Shown here one piece after another: positions 12,425 to 25,856 of a stretch of DNA of 64,000 nt. Source of the DNA: Dictyostelium discoideum (Eukaryota). The stretch covers positions 6,272,001 to 6,336,000 of the forward strand of contig CM000152.2 in the NCBI GenBank assembly GCA_000004695.1, given 5' to 3'. Both the position numbers and the translations under genes were made by a program. Below the pieces are notes generated by a model that was not told where the DNA came from, searched no databases, and saw only the letters and a program-made list of their open reading frames with translations. Each line of letters opens with the position of its first letter. Within the stretch, counting starts at the first letter, position 1.

Positions 12425-13772
12425 ATGATAATGAACCTGTGTTTATAGATGGATTTACTATTTCTCTATTAACAAATGATGGATGTAAATCTGTATTTTT
12501 TGTAGTAGTAGTGGTGTTATTAGAAAAATCGGAATTGATATTAGAAAAAGCAGCATTGATATTAGAAGAAGCAGCATTGATATTAGAAAAAGCAGCATTG
12601 GTATTAGAAGAAGTAGCAGTGTTATTAGAAAAATTGGCATTGGTATTAGAAAAAGCAGCATTGGTATTAGAAAAAGCAGTACTGGTAGTAGCAATATTAT
12701 TAGTAGTACTTGTGGTATAAGTATTAGAAGAGGCGGCATTTGTATTAGAAAAAGCAGCATTAGTATTAGAAAAAGGAGCACTGGTAGCAGCAATATTAGT
12801 GGTAGAAGTTGGTTGTGGAGTTGGTTGTGGAGTTGGTTGTGGAGTTGGTTGTGGAGTTGGTTGTGGAGTTGGTTGTGGAGTTGGTGGTGAGTTTGGATTT
12901 TTACTTGCTGTATTTGGTATTGTTTCAGACATTAAAGTTGTTTTTTTTATTTTTCTCTTTGGATTTTCAATACCAAAAGACGGAATATCCTTCTCATCAT
13001 TAGTTGTTGCTGTTGTTGTTGTTGTTGTTGTTGTTGTTGCTGTGAGATGTGGTTGAGCAGTGAAATCTTCATCGTAACTATTATTTCTTTTTTTAGTTTG
13101 TGTGGTTTCACTAATTTTTGGCGATTTGCTGGGTGCCCTTTTAAAACTTGGATTTTTTATACCATTATTGAAAATACTTTCATTACTACTATCTTCGCTA
13201 TCACTTTTAAAAAAATCCGCATCACTATCGTAATAAAATTCATTAGTAATAATATTTTTTTTTTGTTGGTCATCTTCTTCATGTTCACCATCCGAGTCAT
13301 CTGAATCATCTGAATCATCAGAACCATCTGAATCATAACGTTTGTTATCTGATATTGATTCAAAATACTCTCTACAACTTTTTTTACAGGTAAACCAACC
13401 ATATGGTGAACTGGCAAATACCTTTTGAAGTTTTGCTGGTTTTGTTGATTTATTGCCAATACTTTTATACATTGAATCTATAACTGTTTTGAAATCTTCG
13501 TCATTAACTAAAATTCTTGATGGATCTTTTGCGAATGATCTAGGTGGAGCAATACGACCAGATAAATAGGCTACTCTATACTTGTTACTAAAACCATAAG
13601 AAATATTAAAATTTTTTATCCATTCTTCATATACGGAATTGACATTCTTCTTATTATTTTTGTTGTTTAATTGTGAATAAATATAAATATAAAGCTTTTG
13701 AACTGTTTCTTTATTTAAAATTATAAAATCATTTCCAAATGCCTTTGATATTTATTTAGGGTTGGGTTTTTT

Positions 13773-13810
<38 letters not shown>

Positions 13811-13925
13811 AAAATCTGTTTTTTTTTTTTTAAAAAAAAAAAATAAATAAATGATATAATAAACATACTTTAATAATGGTTTTAGAAGAACCCACTACTT
13901 TGACTCTTTGAGTTCTTTTTGACAT
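12231..13925 (-). CDS. Low-complexity protein of unknown function with (PTPQ)n, AFSNTNAA and DSDDSD repeats. Exons (minus strand) 13925..13869 and 13742..12231. The 5' exon is missed by the ORF track.
   Basis: The track ORF starts at an internal Met. The reading frame stays open upstream to an acceptor tcaaag|GCA at 13743/13742. An upstream mini-exon ATG TCA AAA AGA ACT...ATT AAA|gtatgt (MSKRTQRVKVVGSSKTIIK) at 13925..13869 joins in phase 0. The C-terminus is predicted coiled coil. Confidence 0.5.
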
Positions 13926-14113
13926 TTTTTTTTGTATTGTTTTTTTTTTTTTTTGGGTATGAACAAATTTAAATATCAAAAGAAAAAAAATGAAAAAAAA
14001 AAAATTGAAAAAAAAAAATTGAAAAAAAAAAAATAAAAAAAAAAGGCTTTTTTTTTAAGGGAAATCTATTGATCATATTTTTAAAATAATATCAAATACA
14101 TCTAGATCTGATA

Positions 14114-14151
<38 letters not shown>

Positions 14152-14179
14152 TTTCATTTTCGTTTATCTTTATTTTTAT

Positions 14180-14226
<47 letters not shown>

Positions 14227-14399
14227 GTAATTTATTTATTAAAATTGGTTTAGTTTATATAATTGTAACACTCAAAAATACAAAAATAGACATAAAATAT
14301 AAAAAAATGAGAGTAACTATTATTATTTTTGAATTATTGGTTTTTATATGGGGTTTAAAGTTGTTACTTTTTTTTTTTTAGTTTTAAAAATTTCTTATT

Positions 14400-14692
14400 T
14401 TATTGTTTTTTAAAAAAAATAAATGAGTGGACAGAAAAAAAATTAAATAGTTAATATTTTTTTTATTATTTTTTATTATTTTTTATTATTTTTTATTATT
14501 TTTTTTAATTTTTAAAATAAAAAAATGAATTCATATCTGGATTGTTTTATTTTATTTTTAATTTTATTTTTTTTGAAATCCAAATTTTACATCAAAAAAA
14601 TAAAATACTCCAAACATAATAGATTTTTTGTTTTTTTTTTTTTAAAAAAAAAGGTAGAGTATAAAATATAAAAAAAATTAATGTAAAAATCC

Positions 14693-14741
<49 letters not shown>

Positions 14742-14800
14742 GCAAAAATTTTATTTTTTAGAATTTAATTATTTATCACTGTATAGTTTTTTTTATTTAG
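14400..14800. repeat. Conserved non-coding blocks, copy 2 (see 11810..12110).
   Basis: Contains aaatgagtggacagaaaaaaaattaaatag, gaattcatatctggattgttttatt, and ggtagagtataaaatataaaaaaaattaatgtaaaaatcctat...aaaattttattttttagaatttaattatttatcact. Confidence 0.55.
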
Positions 14801-15373
14801 ATGGTTAAATTTATTTTTTTTCATATTTTATATGATTTTGTGTATTGGGTGCTATTCAGGGCAGTATATAAATCATTGTTTAAAAAAAAAAAAAAAAAAA
14901 TGAAAATTTTTTTTTTTTTTTTTTATATATATAAGTGTTGAGTTTGGGTGTTTCTATTAATAAAAATGGAAAAAAAAAAAAATAAAAGAAAATCATATTG
15001 ATTTTTTTTTTTCACCAAATAGCACAAAATTATTAAAGGTTATTGTATTGTGATAAAGTTTTTTTTTGTTTTTTAATTCAACCAATTACAATGCCTCCTA
15101 AATCACCAAAAAAAAAAAAAATTTAAAAAAAAAAATATAATTTCAAAAATTAAAAGATATTTCTGATTTTTTTTTCTTTTTTTCTAATTTTCGATTATTT
15201 TTAGATAATTGAAATATCTTTTTTTCAAAAAAAAAAAAAAAAACTTAAATTCCATTCTAAAATTAATCACACTTTTTTTTTTTTTTATAAATAAACATTA
15301 TTTAATGACATAATAATAATAATAATAATAATTAAAATAATAATAATCAATTATTTTTTATTTTTTAATTAAA

Positions 15374-15417
<44 letters not shown>

Positions 15418-15421
<4 letters not shown>

Positions 15422-16822
15422 AATTAACAGGAAATGAATCAATAAATAAATTAATTTATTCATATATTGGAATTAGATTATTATCATATTTATTTTTCTT
15501 TATTTTAAATTGTTTCCAAACAATAATGGAAGGGAAATTAATGAGAGAAAAGAAAAATAAAATTGTAACTCGTTTCTTTATTTTCTTTTCAATAAGTTTG
15601 TTTTGTTTTTTCAGAATAATCTCAACCTGTATGTTTTATTGGAGACCAGATGATTTTCAAGTTGGTACTGTTACATTTATATTTTTTACCCTCGGGACAG
15701 CAAGTGTATTTTCGCAGTGGGTTTTTATTTTACACTTTTGGTTACTTATTATGTATTCATTTTTCGTATCAGAAGATGTAAGAATAAATAGACTAAAACC
15801 AATTAATTATTCAACTGCTTTTATAATTTTTGCATTATTCTTATATATAACATTTATGTGTATTGGTGGAATGTTAATGGATTTAAAATTTGGTCAAGCC
15901 GTTGGATTCTTATGTTTATTAGTAATTTATTCAATTATGGTAATTGGTTTTGGTTCGGCATTATTAAATAATTTACAAAAACATAAAAAAAATACACCTT
16001 TTCAACATTATAAAGATATGATATTTAAAACTAAAATTTTATTAATAACTTTAATTTTAACATTTTCATTAACATTTATTGAAGAATTTTTATTTCAATT
16101 TAAATATGAATTAACATTTCAAAATAAACTTTTAAATAATTTTATAACAATGTGTATTGATACAAGTCAAATGATAGTTGTTATGTTTGTATTGGGTAAA
16201 AATTAATAAATTAATAACTTAATTAAAATTACCAAAATAAATAAAAATAAAAATTATTTATATTAATATTATTATAATTACAAATTATTAATAAAATATG
16301 ATTATTATTTTTAATTTTTAGCAAATGGAAAATTTAGGAATTATATTTTATTTAAACATGTTAAAACAACTTCATATAATTCAGATAAATCAAATAGTTT
16401 TGGTAAGTAACTTAAAAAAAATAATAATAATAATAATAATATTTATACTTATAAAAATCTTTTTTTCTTTTTTTTTTTTTTTATTATTTAAATATATTAA
16501 TTTAATAATAGATTCAATGTGGTCAAAATATAATAGAAGAAAATCATTATTCCCATCAAATTTAGAATTATCAGGTGGCACATTGTCATTATCAATGGAT
16601 ACATCAATTGAAATGGATAATGTAACATTTTCAATTAATTCAAATAATATTGAGAATTCAAGTACACAAAATGAATCAAATTCAAAAAATGTTATTACAA
16701 GTCCAAGTGTATATGATATTTCTTCATTATATAATGGAGAAAATTTGGGTGAAAATGAAACAGAGACTTCAACTGCTATTATTTTAAATTTAACCAATCA
16801 AAATGAAGATAATAACCTTTAA
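15418..16822 (+). CDS. Multi-pass membrane protein, paralog B of 10388..11681. Exons 15418..16195, 16322..16402 and 16512..16822.
   Basis: YSYIGIRLLSYLFFFILNCFQTIMEGK, WLLIMYSFFVSEDVRINRLKP and FGQAVGFLCLLVIYSIMVIGFGSALL are collinear with paralog A. The donor g|gtaaaa at 16195/96, the acceptor at 16320-21, the donor g|gtaagt at 16402/03 and the acceptor at 16510-11 give an ANGKFRNYILFKHVKTTSYNS junction identical in register to paralog A. Confidence 0.65.
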
Positions 16823-16834
16823 AGCACCAATGTA

Positions 16835-16865
<31 letters not shown>

Positions 16866-17242
16866 AATAAATAAATAATAATAAAAATTAAATATATTAT
16901 ATTGATAATATCGATATGCTATGAATAAATTGATAATGATCTTTATTTCATAATTTTTCTTTTTATATTCGATTAAAAACTGACATTAAAAACTCACACA
17001 GGTAGTTTTTTATCTTAAACATAATTGTTATTATTATTATTTACACAATTATATTACAAGAAATAATAATAATAGTTTAATTATATGTTTAGATTTATTT
17101 TGTATTTTACAAAAAAAAAATTTTTTTTTTTTTTTTTTATTTATTTTTTTTTTTTCTTTAAAAAATTATTTGAATAGTATATCGAATATGTACAAGATTA
17201 CCAATGGTTATATATATATATGTGAGTGTTTGTGTTTATTTT

Positions 17243-18537
17243 TTAAATTTGATAATATTCAAATTGATTAAAAACGTATTCTTCTAAAAATATCTCCATA
17301 TTTTTTATTAAGGTTAAAATTCTCATATTCACTAAATAACCACTATGTTCACTTGTAATAAACCCTAAAACCAAATTTAAAACTGATTCAATTCTTTTTT
17401 TAACACTTTCAATATCATTACTAATACTTTGATTATTTTCTTTATTGGTACTACCACTATCTTCACTATTATTTCCTTCATTATTATTATTATTATTGTT
17501 ATTGTTTGCATTTGTAATTGTATTTGTATTTGTATTTGTATTTGTATTTGTATTTGTATTTGTATTTGTAGTATTAAAAATAAGTTCTATATCATTGATA
17601 AACTATAAATTAAAAAAATGAATTAATAATTATATTTTAATTAAAAAGGAAATAATAAAAAAAAAAGAAACCTACAACTAAAGATTCTAATAATTTTGTT
17701 AAAATTAATTCAGATTCAAAAGAATTATCTTGTTTTTCATAATGTTCTTTAATAACTCTAACGGTTGTTTTAATATTTTCTAAAGAACTTTGAAATAATG
17801 ATAGGTTTCTAAAGTCGTGATTATTATATTTATCTTGATTTTCATGTAAAAATGTCCAATTTCTTTCGATTTCATCTATTTTTTCGTATTCTAACTTTTG
17901 TTTGTTTATAAACTCCCAATCCTCTTCGTCCAATAGTAATGTTGGTGCGCTACCAACATTTGTTGAGTTTGTACCATCCCTTTTACCCAAAATATATCTT
18001 ATTGGTTTTTCAATTAAATATTTACTATATGAAAAGATTTGAACTGCAAAGAATACTGGTGACATTATTACACCAGTTGCTCCTCCCAATATAAATCCCT
18101 TTGAAAAATTACTACCTCTTGTTATAATTGCTGGTGATATAAAAAATACCATTGATGCTAAAATTAAAAAAATAAAAAATAAAAAAATAAAAAATTAGTT
18201 ATTGTCTTTTATTTTTTTTATTTTTTTTTATATATATACATACGAAAGAAAGCAGTTGTTAAAGGTATACCAAATATAATATTAACAGAGATTGCAATTA
18301 GAGAATATAATAAACCTATAACGGAACCACACATAAAACCTTCAATTTCTTTCTCTAATGTTGCATAATCTTGACCACTTCTTGCTGCAAACTCTGGCAT
18401 TGACATATTAGAATCCCTAAATAAATCATAGGTTTTCTTTTTTTGTGGATCTGATAATATCTCGTAAACTGCATTTAATTCTTTAAACTAAATTAGAATA
18501 ATTAGAAAAATTATATAAATATATTAAAAAATAACTT

Positions 18538-18575
<38 letters not shown>

Positions 18576-18713
18576 CTTTTCGTCTGAACCTGGATTTTTA
18601 TCTGGGTGATATTTCATTGCCAATTTTCTATATGCTTTCTTTATTTGATCATCTGTTGATTCTGGTGTAACACCCAAAAACTCATACAAGTCTGGCAATT
18701 TTTGATTATTCAT
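17243..18713 (-). CDS. DnaJ (J-domain) membrane protein with four exons. Minus-strand exons are 18713..18576, 18487..18244, 18157..~17676 and 17602..17243.
   Basis: Exon 1 encodes [46 protein letters not shown], with the canonical HPD motif. Exon 2 encodes [23 protein letters not shown], the J-domain helix IV, followed by the TM segment [23 protein letters not shown]. Exon 3 carries another TM ([22 protein letters not shown]). Exon 4 is N/T-rich. GT donors and AG acceptors are found at each junction. My base count is off by 1 around the exon-3 donor at 17676, so that boundary is approximate (±1-2 nt). Confidence 0.7.
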
Positions 18714-19496
18714 TGTTTTTTTTTTTTTTTTTATTATTTAAAAAAATGTATGTGTTTTATTTTTTTTATTATTTTTTATTTATTTATGTGTAAATTATTA
18801 TTTGTGGTACTTTGGTATTTAGTTATTGATATACCTGATTATAGTACAAAACTATTTAAGTAATAAGTTTATAGAAAAAAAAATGTGATAAAAAAATAAA
18901 AAAAAAAGAGAAAAAAAGAAAAGGGAATACTAGTTTTATTTTATTTAAATATAAAAATATGGTGGGAATTATTATTTTTTTGTGTGTGTGGGATTAATTA
19001 ATTTTTTAATTTTTTAATTTTTTTTTTTATTTTTTTTTTTGAATAATAAAATTTTTTTTTTTTTTATTTTATTTTTTATTTTTTAATTTTTATTTTTTTT
19101 TATTTTTTTTTATTATTTTAAAATTTCTTTTTTTAAAGTTTGATTTCTACTTATAATAATAAGTTCCCTGAAAAAAAAAAAAAAAAAATGAAACCCCAAA
19201 TTAATCTAAAGAGATGGTTTATAAAAACTACCAGGTAATATAAGATTATTTTTCATATTTCCTAAAAAAAAAAAATAAAAAAAAATAATAAAAATAATAA
19301 TTTATTATTATTATCAAAATAAATATTTATTAATATCAAATTGGGTTCATTCATACCAATCAAAAAAAAAAATAATAAAAAATCAAAAAATCAAAAAAAA
19401 GATTATAAATTCTAACTCTTTTATTTTACATTTTATTTATAGTTTTTTTCTCTTAGATCAAAAAAAAAAAAAAAAAAAGCTTGGAAAAAAAAAAAG

Positions 19497-19530
<34 letters not shown>

Positions 19531-20038
19531 AAAATCCACAACGACACAAAATTTTCATTTTTATTTTTATTTTTTTTTTTTTTTTTTTTTTTATTTTTAC
19601 TATTTACCCCACACAAAACAATTAATATATTCACTTTATTTTTTTTTTATTTATTTTTTTTTATTTATATTGTTTTTTTTCATTTTTTATTGTTTTATTT
19701 TTATTAATATAAAAATATATATAGTAAAATAAATAAAAATATTCTTTTTTTTATTTTTTTTTAATATCACATAGTTTTTTTTTTGTACATAGCTATTTAT
19801 AAATTTTTTATGTTATTTTTTTTCTTTGATTCTCGCCAATTTTTCTTAATTTTAAAAAAAAAATATTAAAAAATATTAAAAAAAATAAAAAGATAAAAAA
19901 AATAAGAAAAACATACATTCACAAAATTCAATAATTGTAAAAAAAAAAATAAAAAAAATAAAATAACCACACAGCCAAAAAAAAAAAAAAAAAAAAAAAC
20001 CAAAAAAAAAAAATCACTTATACTATAAAAAAACAAAA

Positions 20039-20775
20039 ATGTCAAATGCAAATAACAATGGACAAGCAACAGCTAAAGGAGGATGTTGTGGTGGTGGTGG
20101 ATCACAAGATAATAAAGCAAATCAAAATAGTGGTATTGTAGTTTCAAACACAAGCACAGATAATAGAAATAAATTTGATAAAGGTTTTAAACTAGTTTTA
20201 TTAGGTGAAATGAATACTGGTAAAACTTGTATTTCCTCAAGATTAGTTAGAAATGAATTTGGTCCAACTGATTCAACTATTGGGTAAATATAAATATATA
20301 TTACAAGTTTTTTTTAAAAAAAAAAAAAAAAAAACTTTAACTAAAATTATTTATTTTATTTATTGTATTTTTTAGGGCTGCATTTTTAGTTAAAAGTATG
20401 GTAGTAGATAATATAAATATTAAGTTGGAAATATGGGATACTGCAGGACAAGAACGTTATAGATCTTTAACTCCAATGTATTATAGAGGTGCAGCTGCTG
20501 CAGTTGTGGTTTATGATATCACTAAAAAGAATACATTTGAAACTTTAAAGAGATGGGTATCAGAATTACAAAAACATGCATCACCAAATCTTATTTTAGC
20601 ATTGGCCGGTAATAAAGTTGATCTTCCAAATAGAGAGGTTCAAGTTGATGAAGTTAATCGTTATATCTCCGAATTGGGTAATGCTATTTTCTTTGAAACT
20701 TCCGCTGCTTCTGGTCAAAATATCAATGAATTATTCACTGAAATTTGTAGAAGATTAATTGAAAATTATAAATAA
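20039..20775 (+). CDS. Rab5/Rab21-subfamily small GTPase with an N-terminal Gly/Cys-rich extension and no C-terminal Cys motif. Exons 20039..20283 and 20376..20775.
   Basis: It carries the P-loop LLGEMNTGKT, STIGAAF at the exon junction (codon GG|G split between exons), WDTAGQERY, GNKVDL and ETSAASG, which are canonical Rab motifs. The N-terminus reads MSNANNNGQATAKGGCCGGGGS. The C-terminus reads ...EICRRLIENYK with no CC, CXC or CaaX. Confidence 0.8.
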
Positions 20776-21257
20776 TTATATTCATCATCATCATCATCAT
20801 CATCATTCAATCATTAATTAATATTTATACTCCCTCCCTTCCTCTTCTTTTTTTTTTTTATTATTTTTCATAATTATCTCCAAACTTTAAAATCCTTTTT
20901 AAAAAAAAGAAAGAAAACAACAATACAAAACAAAAAAAAAAAAAAAACAAAAAAAAAAAACAAAAAAAAAAACAAAAAAAAAAACAAAAAAATATTTATA
21001 TAATTATATACAAGAGTATATTTTTTTTTTTTATTAAACAATAATAAATTAAACCACCGAATTTTCGAATTTTCCATCTAATTTCTTTTTTTAGATTTTT
21101 TTTTTAGATTTTTATTTTTTGGATTTTTTTTTTTTTTTTTTTTGGAAATGTTTATTTGAAAAAGATATAAAGAAAAGTTTTTTTTTTTTTTTTTTTTTTA
21201 TTTCCTAGGAATTGTATTTTAAACTAGAAAGAAGTTAAACGTGGTTTTTTTTTGTTG

Positions 21258-21301
<44 letters not shown>

Positions 21302-21426
21302 ATTTTTATTATGAAAATAAGAAATATTAAAAAAAAAGATTTAATTTGATCTAATTTTCCAGTTTCACAAATATCTTTGAATGAATTTTTTGTTGGAAAA
21401 AAAAAAAAAAAAAAAAAAACAATTAA

Positions 21427-21767
21427 CTAATTTTTGAAATTTTTATGAGAGATCATATCTTCAATGATATCGGAATCCATAGAGATATTAATTTTCTTTT
21501 CTTTTCCAAGATCCTTTTCTCTTTCTCTTTCTTTTTCTCTTTCTCTTTCTCTTTCCTTTTCTTTTCTTTTTTCTCTCTCTTTTTCTTTTCTTCTTTCTCT
21601 TTCCTTTTCACTCTCTCTATGAGATGGTGAGGGTGATGTTGAAGAATGTTTATTACTATTACTACTACCACTTAGAATATTGTTTTGATTATTATTGTTA
21701 TTATTATTATTATGGTGATTCATAAAAATTCCTCCACTCATCATTCCATTGCTATTATTAAAATTGC

Positions 21768-21798
<31 letters not shown>

Positions 21799-22550
21799 AT
21801 TATTATTATTTATATTATTATTTATATTATTATTTATATTATTATTATTATTACTATTATTATGGTTGTTGTTGCTATTATTATTATTGTTAATATTATT
21901 AATAATATTATTAATACTATTGCTATTACTGGCACTGCTACTACTATTACTACTACTTTTTCTTTCTCCTCTATCTCTTGACTTTTCTTTATCTCTATCG
22001 CTTCTTTCGGATCTTTCTCTTGATTTCTCTTTATCTCTATCACTTCTATCACTTCTGTCGCTTCTTTCACCTTTATCTCTATCACTTCTTTCACTTTTAT
22101 CTTTGTCACTTCTATGACTTCTATCCCTGTCCTTATCACTTCTATCTTTATCACTTCTTTCTTTTCTTTTTTCTTTGTCTCCACTACTACTGCTACTACT
22201 GCTACTGCTACTACTTTTATGATGGTGGCTTCTATCCCTATCCCTGTCTCTATCTCTATCACTTCTATCTCTATCTCTGTCTCTATCTCTATCTCTATCT
22301 CTATCTCTATCTCTATCGCTTTTATCACTCTTAATATTTACACTTCCACTTCCACCACTACTTCCATTGATTTGAATCGGAGGAGGGGGTGCCATATTAG
22401 ATGAGTGAGATGAAGATGAAGTTGTATTATTTAATGGCTTGTTACCATTGTTTTTATTAATATTACTATTGTTATTATTACTATTGCTATGGTACTGTTG
22501 TTGCTGTTGCTGTTGTTGTTGTTGTTGTTGCTGTTGCTGTTGCTGTTGCT

Positions 22551-22581
<31 letters not shown>

Positions 22582-23253
22582 TTCATTACTTTGAAGTGCC
22601 GCTTTTGCATCTTCTAATTTCTTTTCTTTTTTTCTTTCAACTGATCTAACACTTGTGTAGGCAGTTGCCAATGATTTTGGAGTGATACCAGTCTCAGCCA
22701 ACATATTAACGATTTTTTTGTAAAGGTTTGCTCTAGATGTTTTCTCAATTATTAAACCAGGTGGTTGTTTACCAGATTTCTCTGCTTCAATTAATAGGGT
22801 TGAATTCTTTAATTCAATGATCTCTTTATTGGTTTTAACAATCTCAAATATGATTTCCCTAGCTTCTCTACCCCAAGTGTATTCGGTTGGTTTATCTGAA
22901 CCAGCAGTGACTGCAGCAGAAACTTGTTCATTAAATTCTCTTTTAATTAATTCTTCGAATGAATTGATAAGACCATTTAATTTTTCGATGATCTTTGATG
23001 ATTTATTTTGAGTTTTTTCACCATTTTCCTCCCATGCTTTCTTTAGATGATTTCTAATAGTTTTATCTTTAATACCCCATTTCATTGATAGTCTTGCCAA
23101 TACACTACCTGGTAAAAATCCTTGTGCATTGGTTCTTCTTAACATATCATATAATTGTGCTAATAATCCACTAACTTTTCTTGGTAATAATTTAATATCA
23201 TCTTTTGCTGCCAAACCTAACAAAAATAATAATAAAAATAATAATTAGTATTA

Positions 23254-23318
<65 letters not shown>

Positions 23319-24604
23319 CTTTTTTCTATATGAATATATTTAAAAAAAGGTAATACAATACAAGAATCAATTTCAGATTCTAATTTTACAATCAAATTTT
23401 CAATCTCTGGTGATTGAATATCTAATAATACAAGTTTTGGTTTTTTATTTATACTCAAAGAATCTTCACCAATTTTTCTTTTCTTTGAGGTTGAAGATGG
23501 TGCACTTCCACCATCAGTATCTCTATCACTTTTACTACTTTGGAAATATTCTTCTTCTTCCTCTTCTACTATACCACTATTTTGATTATTATTTTGATTA
23601 TTATTATTACTAATATTATTATTAACACTATTATTACTACTACTATTATTATTAACACTATTATAGCTATTATTACTATTATTGTTATTATTATTATTGT
23701 TATTGTTAATATTATTATTATTATTATTATCATTTTCAGTATCATTATCAATACTATTATTAGCATCATCGTCAACATCTTCTTTATAAGGATTATTTAA
23801 GCTTTGTTTTCTATATTCATCATAATCATCATCCTCTTCATCTTCATAATCTTCATCATAATCCTCATAATAATCGAGTGGTCTTTCTTTATGAGAGATA
23901 CTACCTTGGTTAACAAAGAATCCACCAAAGCTAGTTTCTAAATCTGCATCAAACTCTTGTACCTCTTCATCGTCTATGAATGAATCATCGTCATCATATT
24001 GATCCTCTGAAGAGGGTGAATCATCTTCATTGTAATTAATTGCTGAGCCTAATGTATTAATACGTTCAATTTTATCAATAACCTGTGTAAGTCTATTCTT
24101 TGGTTTCAATTGAGTCATTAGTTCTTTTTCAATTTCAAAACTTTCTTTCAAATCATTTGGTGCACCTGGTGCTCTATAAAAACCACTATTAATCTTTGTT
24201 TTGTTTTGCTCTTGAATATGCTTTTTAATCAATTCCTTATAATCTACATCTCCTCTTAAACTTTTTAAATTTACTTCAAATCTCATTGTTTTTAGTGTTG
24301 GTGCTGTTGCTGTTGTCGTTGTTGTTGCTGTTGTTGTTGTCGTAGTTGTTGCTGTTGCTGTTTTTGTTGTCGTGGCTACTTGTGTTTTATTGGTTGATTG
24401 TCCAATAGAATTTGGTGTTGTTGTTGCTGAAGCTGTTGTCATTGATGTTATTGGTGTAGTTGGTGTAGTTGGTGTGGTAGTGGTATTATTTGTTGATGTT
24501 TTTGGTGATCCATTTAATGATGTTGATGAAGATGATGTTAATTCTCCTATTGTTAATGTATCATTACAATTTGATACTATATCTTTTTTATTATTATTAT
24601 TATA

Positions 24605-24637
<33 letters not shown>

Positions 24638-24760
24638 GTTATTATAGTTATTGTTATAATTATTATTGATATTATTATTAATATTGCTATTATTTCTTGG
24701 TGGGGATGACCTAGTCTCCATTGCATCATCCAATTCAATGAAAATTCTTTCTTCAGACAT
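21427..24760 (-). CDS. Large low-complexity nuclear protein, possibly a ubinuclein/Hpc2-like HIRA-complex subunit. Minus-strand exons are 24760..23362 and 23216..21427.
   Basis: The ATG at 24760 was verified. The upstream ORF runs into a poly-K artefact, so I place a donor at t|gtattg (23362/61) and an acceptor at ttag| (23217), joining ...LESEIDS-C-LAAKDDIKLLPRK. The conserved block GFLPGSVLARLSMKWGIKDKTIRNHLKKAWEENGE...YTWGREAREIIFEIVKTN resembles the ubinuclein middle domain. An acidic DYYEDYDEDYEDEEDDDYDEY stretch and long RD/RS/RE dipeptide repeats are also present. Confidence 0.45.
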
Positions 24761-25509
24761 CTTTAATATATTTTGGACTTTATCTATATATTCAAGTATC
24801 TTTTTTTATATTTTTTTTTTTTTTTTTTTAAAAATCTTTTTTTTTTATTGAAATATAAACTATTTTTAAGTTTTATGATTTTGTGAAAATAAAAATAAAA
24901 ATAAAAAAATATATTTAAAGATAAAAAAAAAAAAAAAAAAAAAAAAAATTTTGGTGTGATAAAAAATTTATATGTATAAATTAAACAAATAAAAAAAAAA
25001 AAATAAACCTCACCAATGTGTCGGTTGTTTTGGTCAAAAATTAAAAAAATTAAAAAAAAAAAAAAATTTTGTCAATATTTAAATTAAATTTATCCAAAAA
25101 AAAAATAAAAAAAAAAAAAAATAAAAAAAAAAATAAATAAAAAAAATTAATTTTGGAATTAAAACCAAGAAAAACAAAATTTTTTTCCACAAATTATTGA
25201 AGTTCAAAATTTAAATCAAATTTATTTATTTTAAAAAATAGGGGATTAATATAGTAAAAAAGTTTTTATAAATTGATATATATTTATATACATTTATTTT
25301 TAAGGTAATTAATAGGTCATTCAATAATTATTTTTTTTCATTAAATTGTTTGGTAAAAGAAATGAAAAAAAATAAAAAAATAATAAAAAAACAAAAAATT
25401 TATTTTTTAGGAATCCTTTAAAAATTTATTATATTATGCTTATAAAATAAATAAAAAAGAATAAATTTATTTTAACAATAAAATAAATCAATAGAAATTT
25501 GTGGGTGGT

Positions 25510-25543
<34 letters not shown>

Positions 25544-25814
25544 CAATTTTTTTATTTTTAATTTTTTTTTTTTTTTTCATTTTCTTTTTTTTTTTTTTTT
25601 TTTTGATTTAAAAATCAAAAAAGAAAGCGGCATTATCAAATCTTAATTTGTAATATATATTTATATTATTTATTTGTTTGTTTGTTTTTTTTTTTTTTTT
25701 TTTTTGGGGGGAAAAAAAAAAAAATTAACAAAAAAATAAAAAAAATAAAAAAAAAAAAAAGAAATATATAATATACAATTGTTTATTTTAATTAATAAAT
25801 AAATTATAATATTA

Positions 25815-25854
<40 letters not shown>

Positions 25855-25856
25855 AA

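Noticed and set aside
19180-19250. A possible mini-exon ATGAAACCCCAAATTAATCTAAAGAGATGGTTTATAAAAACTACCAG|gtaata upstream of the Rab gene.
   Set aside because: The Rab gene has its own verified ATG with a complete N-terminus, and no downstream acceptor in a compatible phase was found. This is probably a chance ORF.
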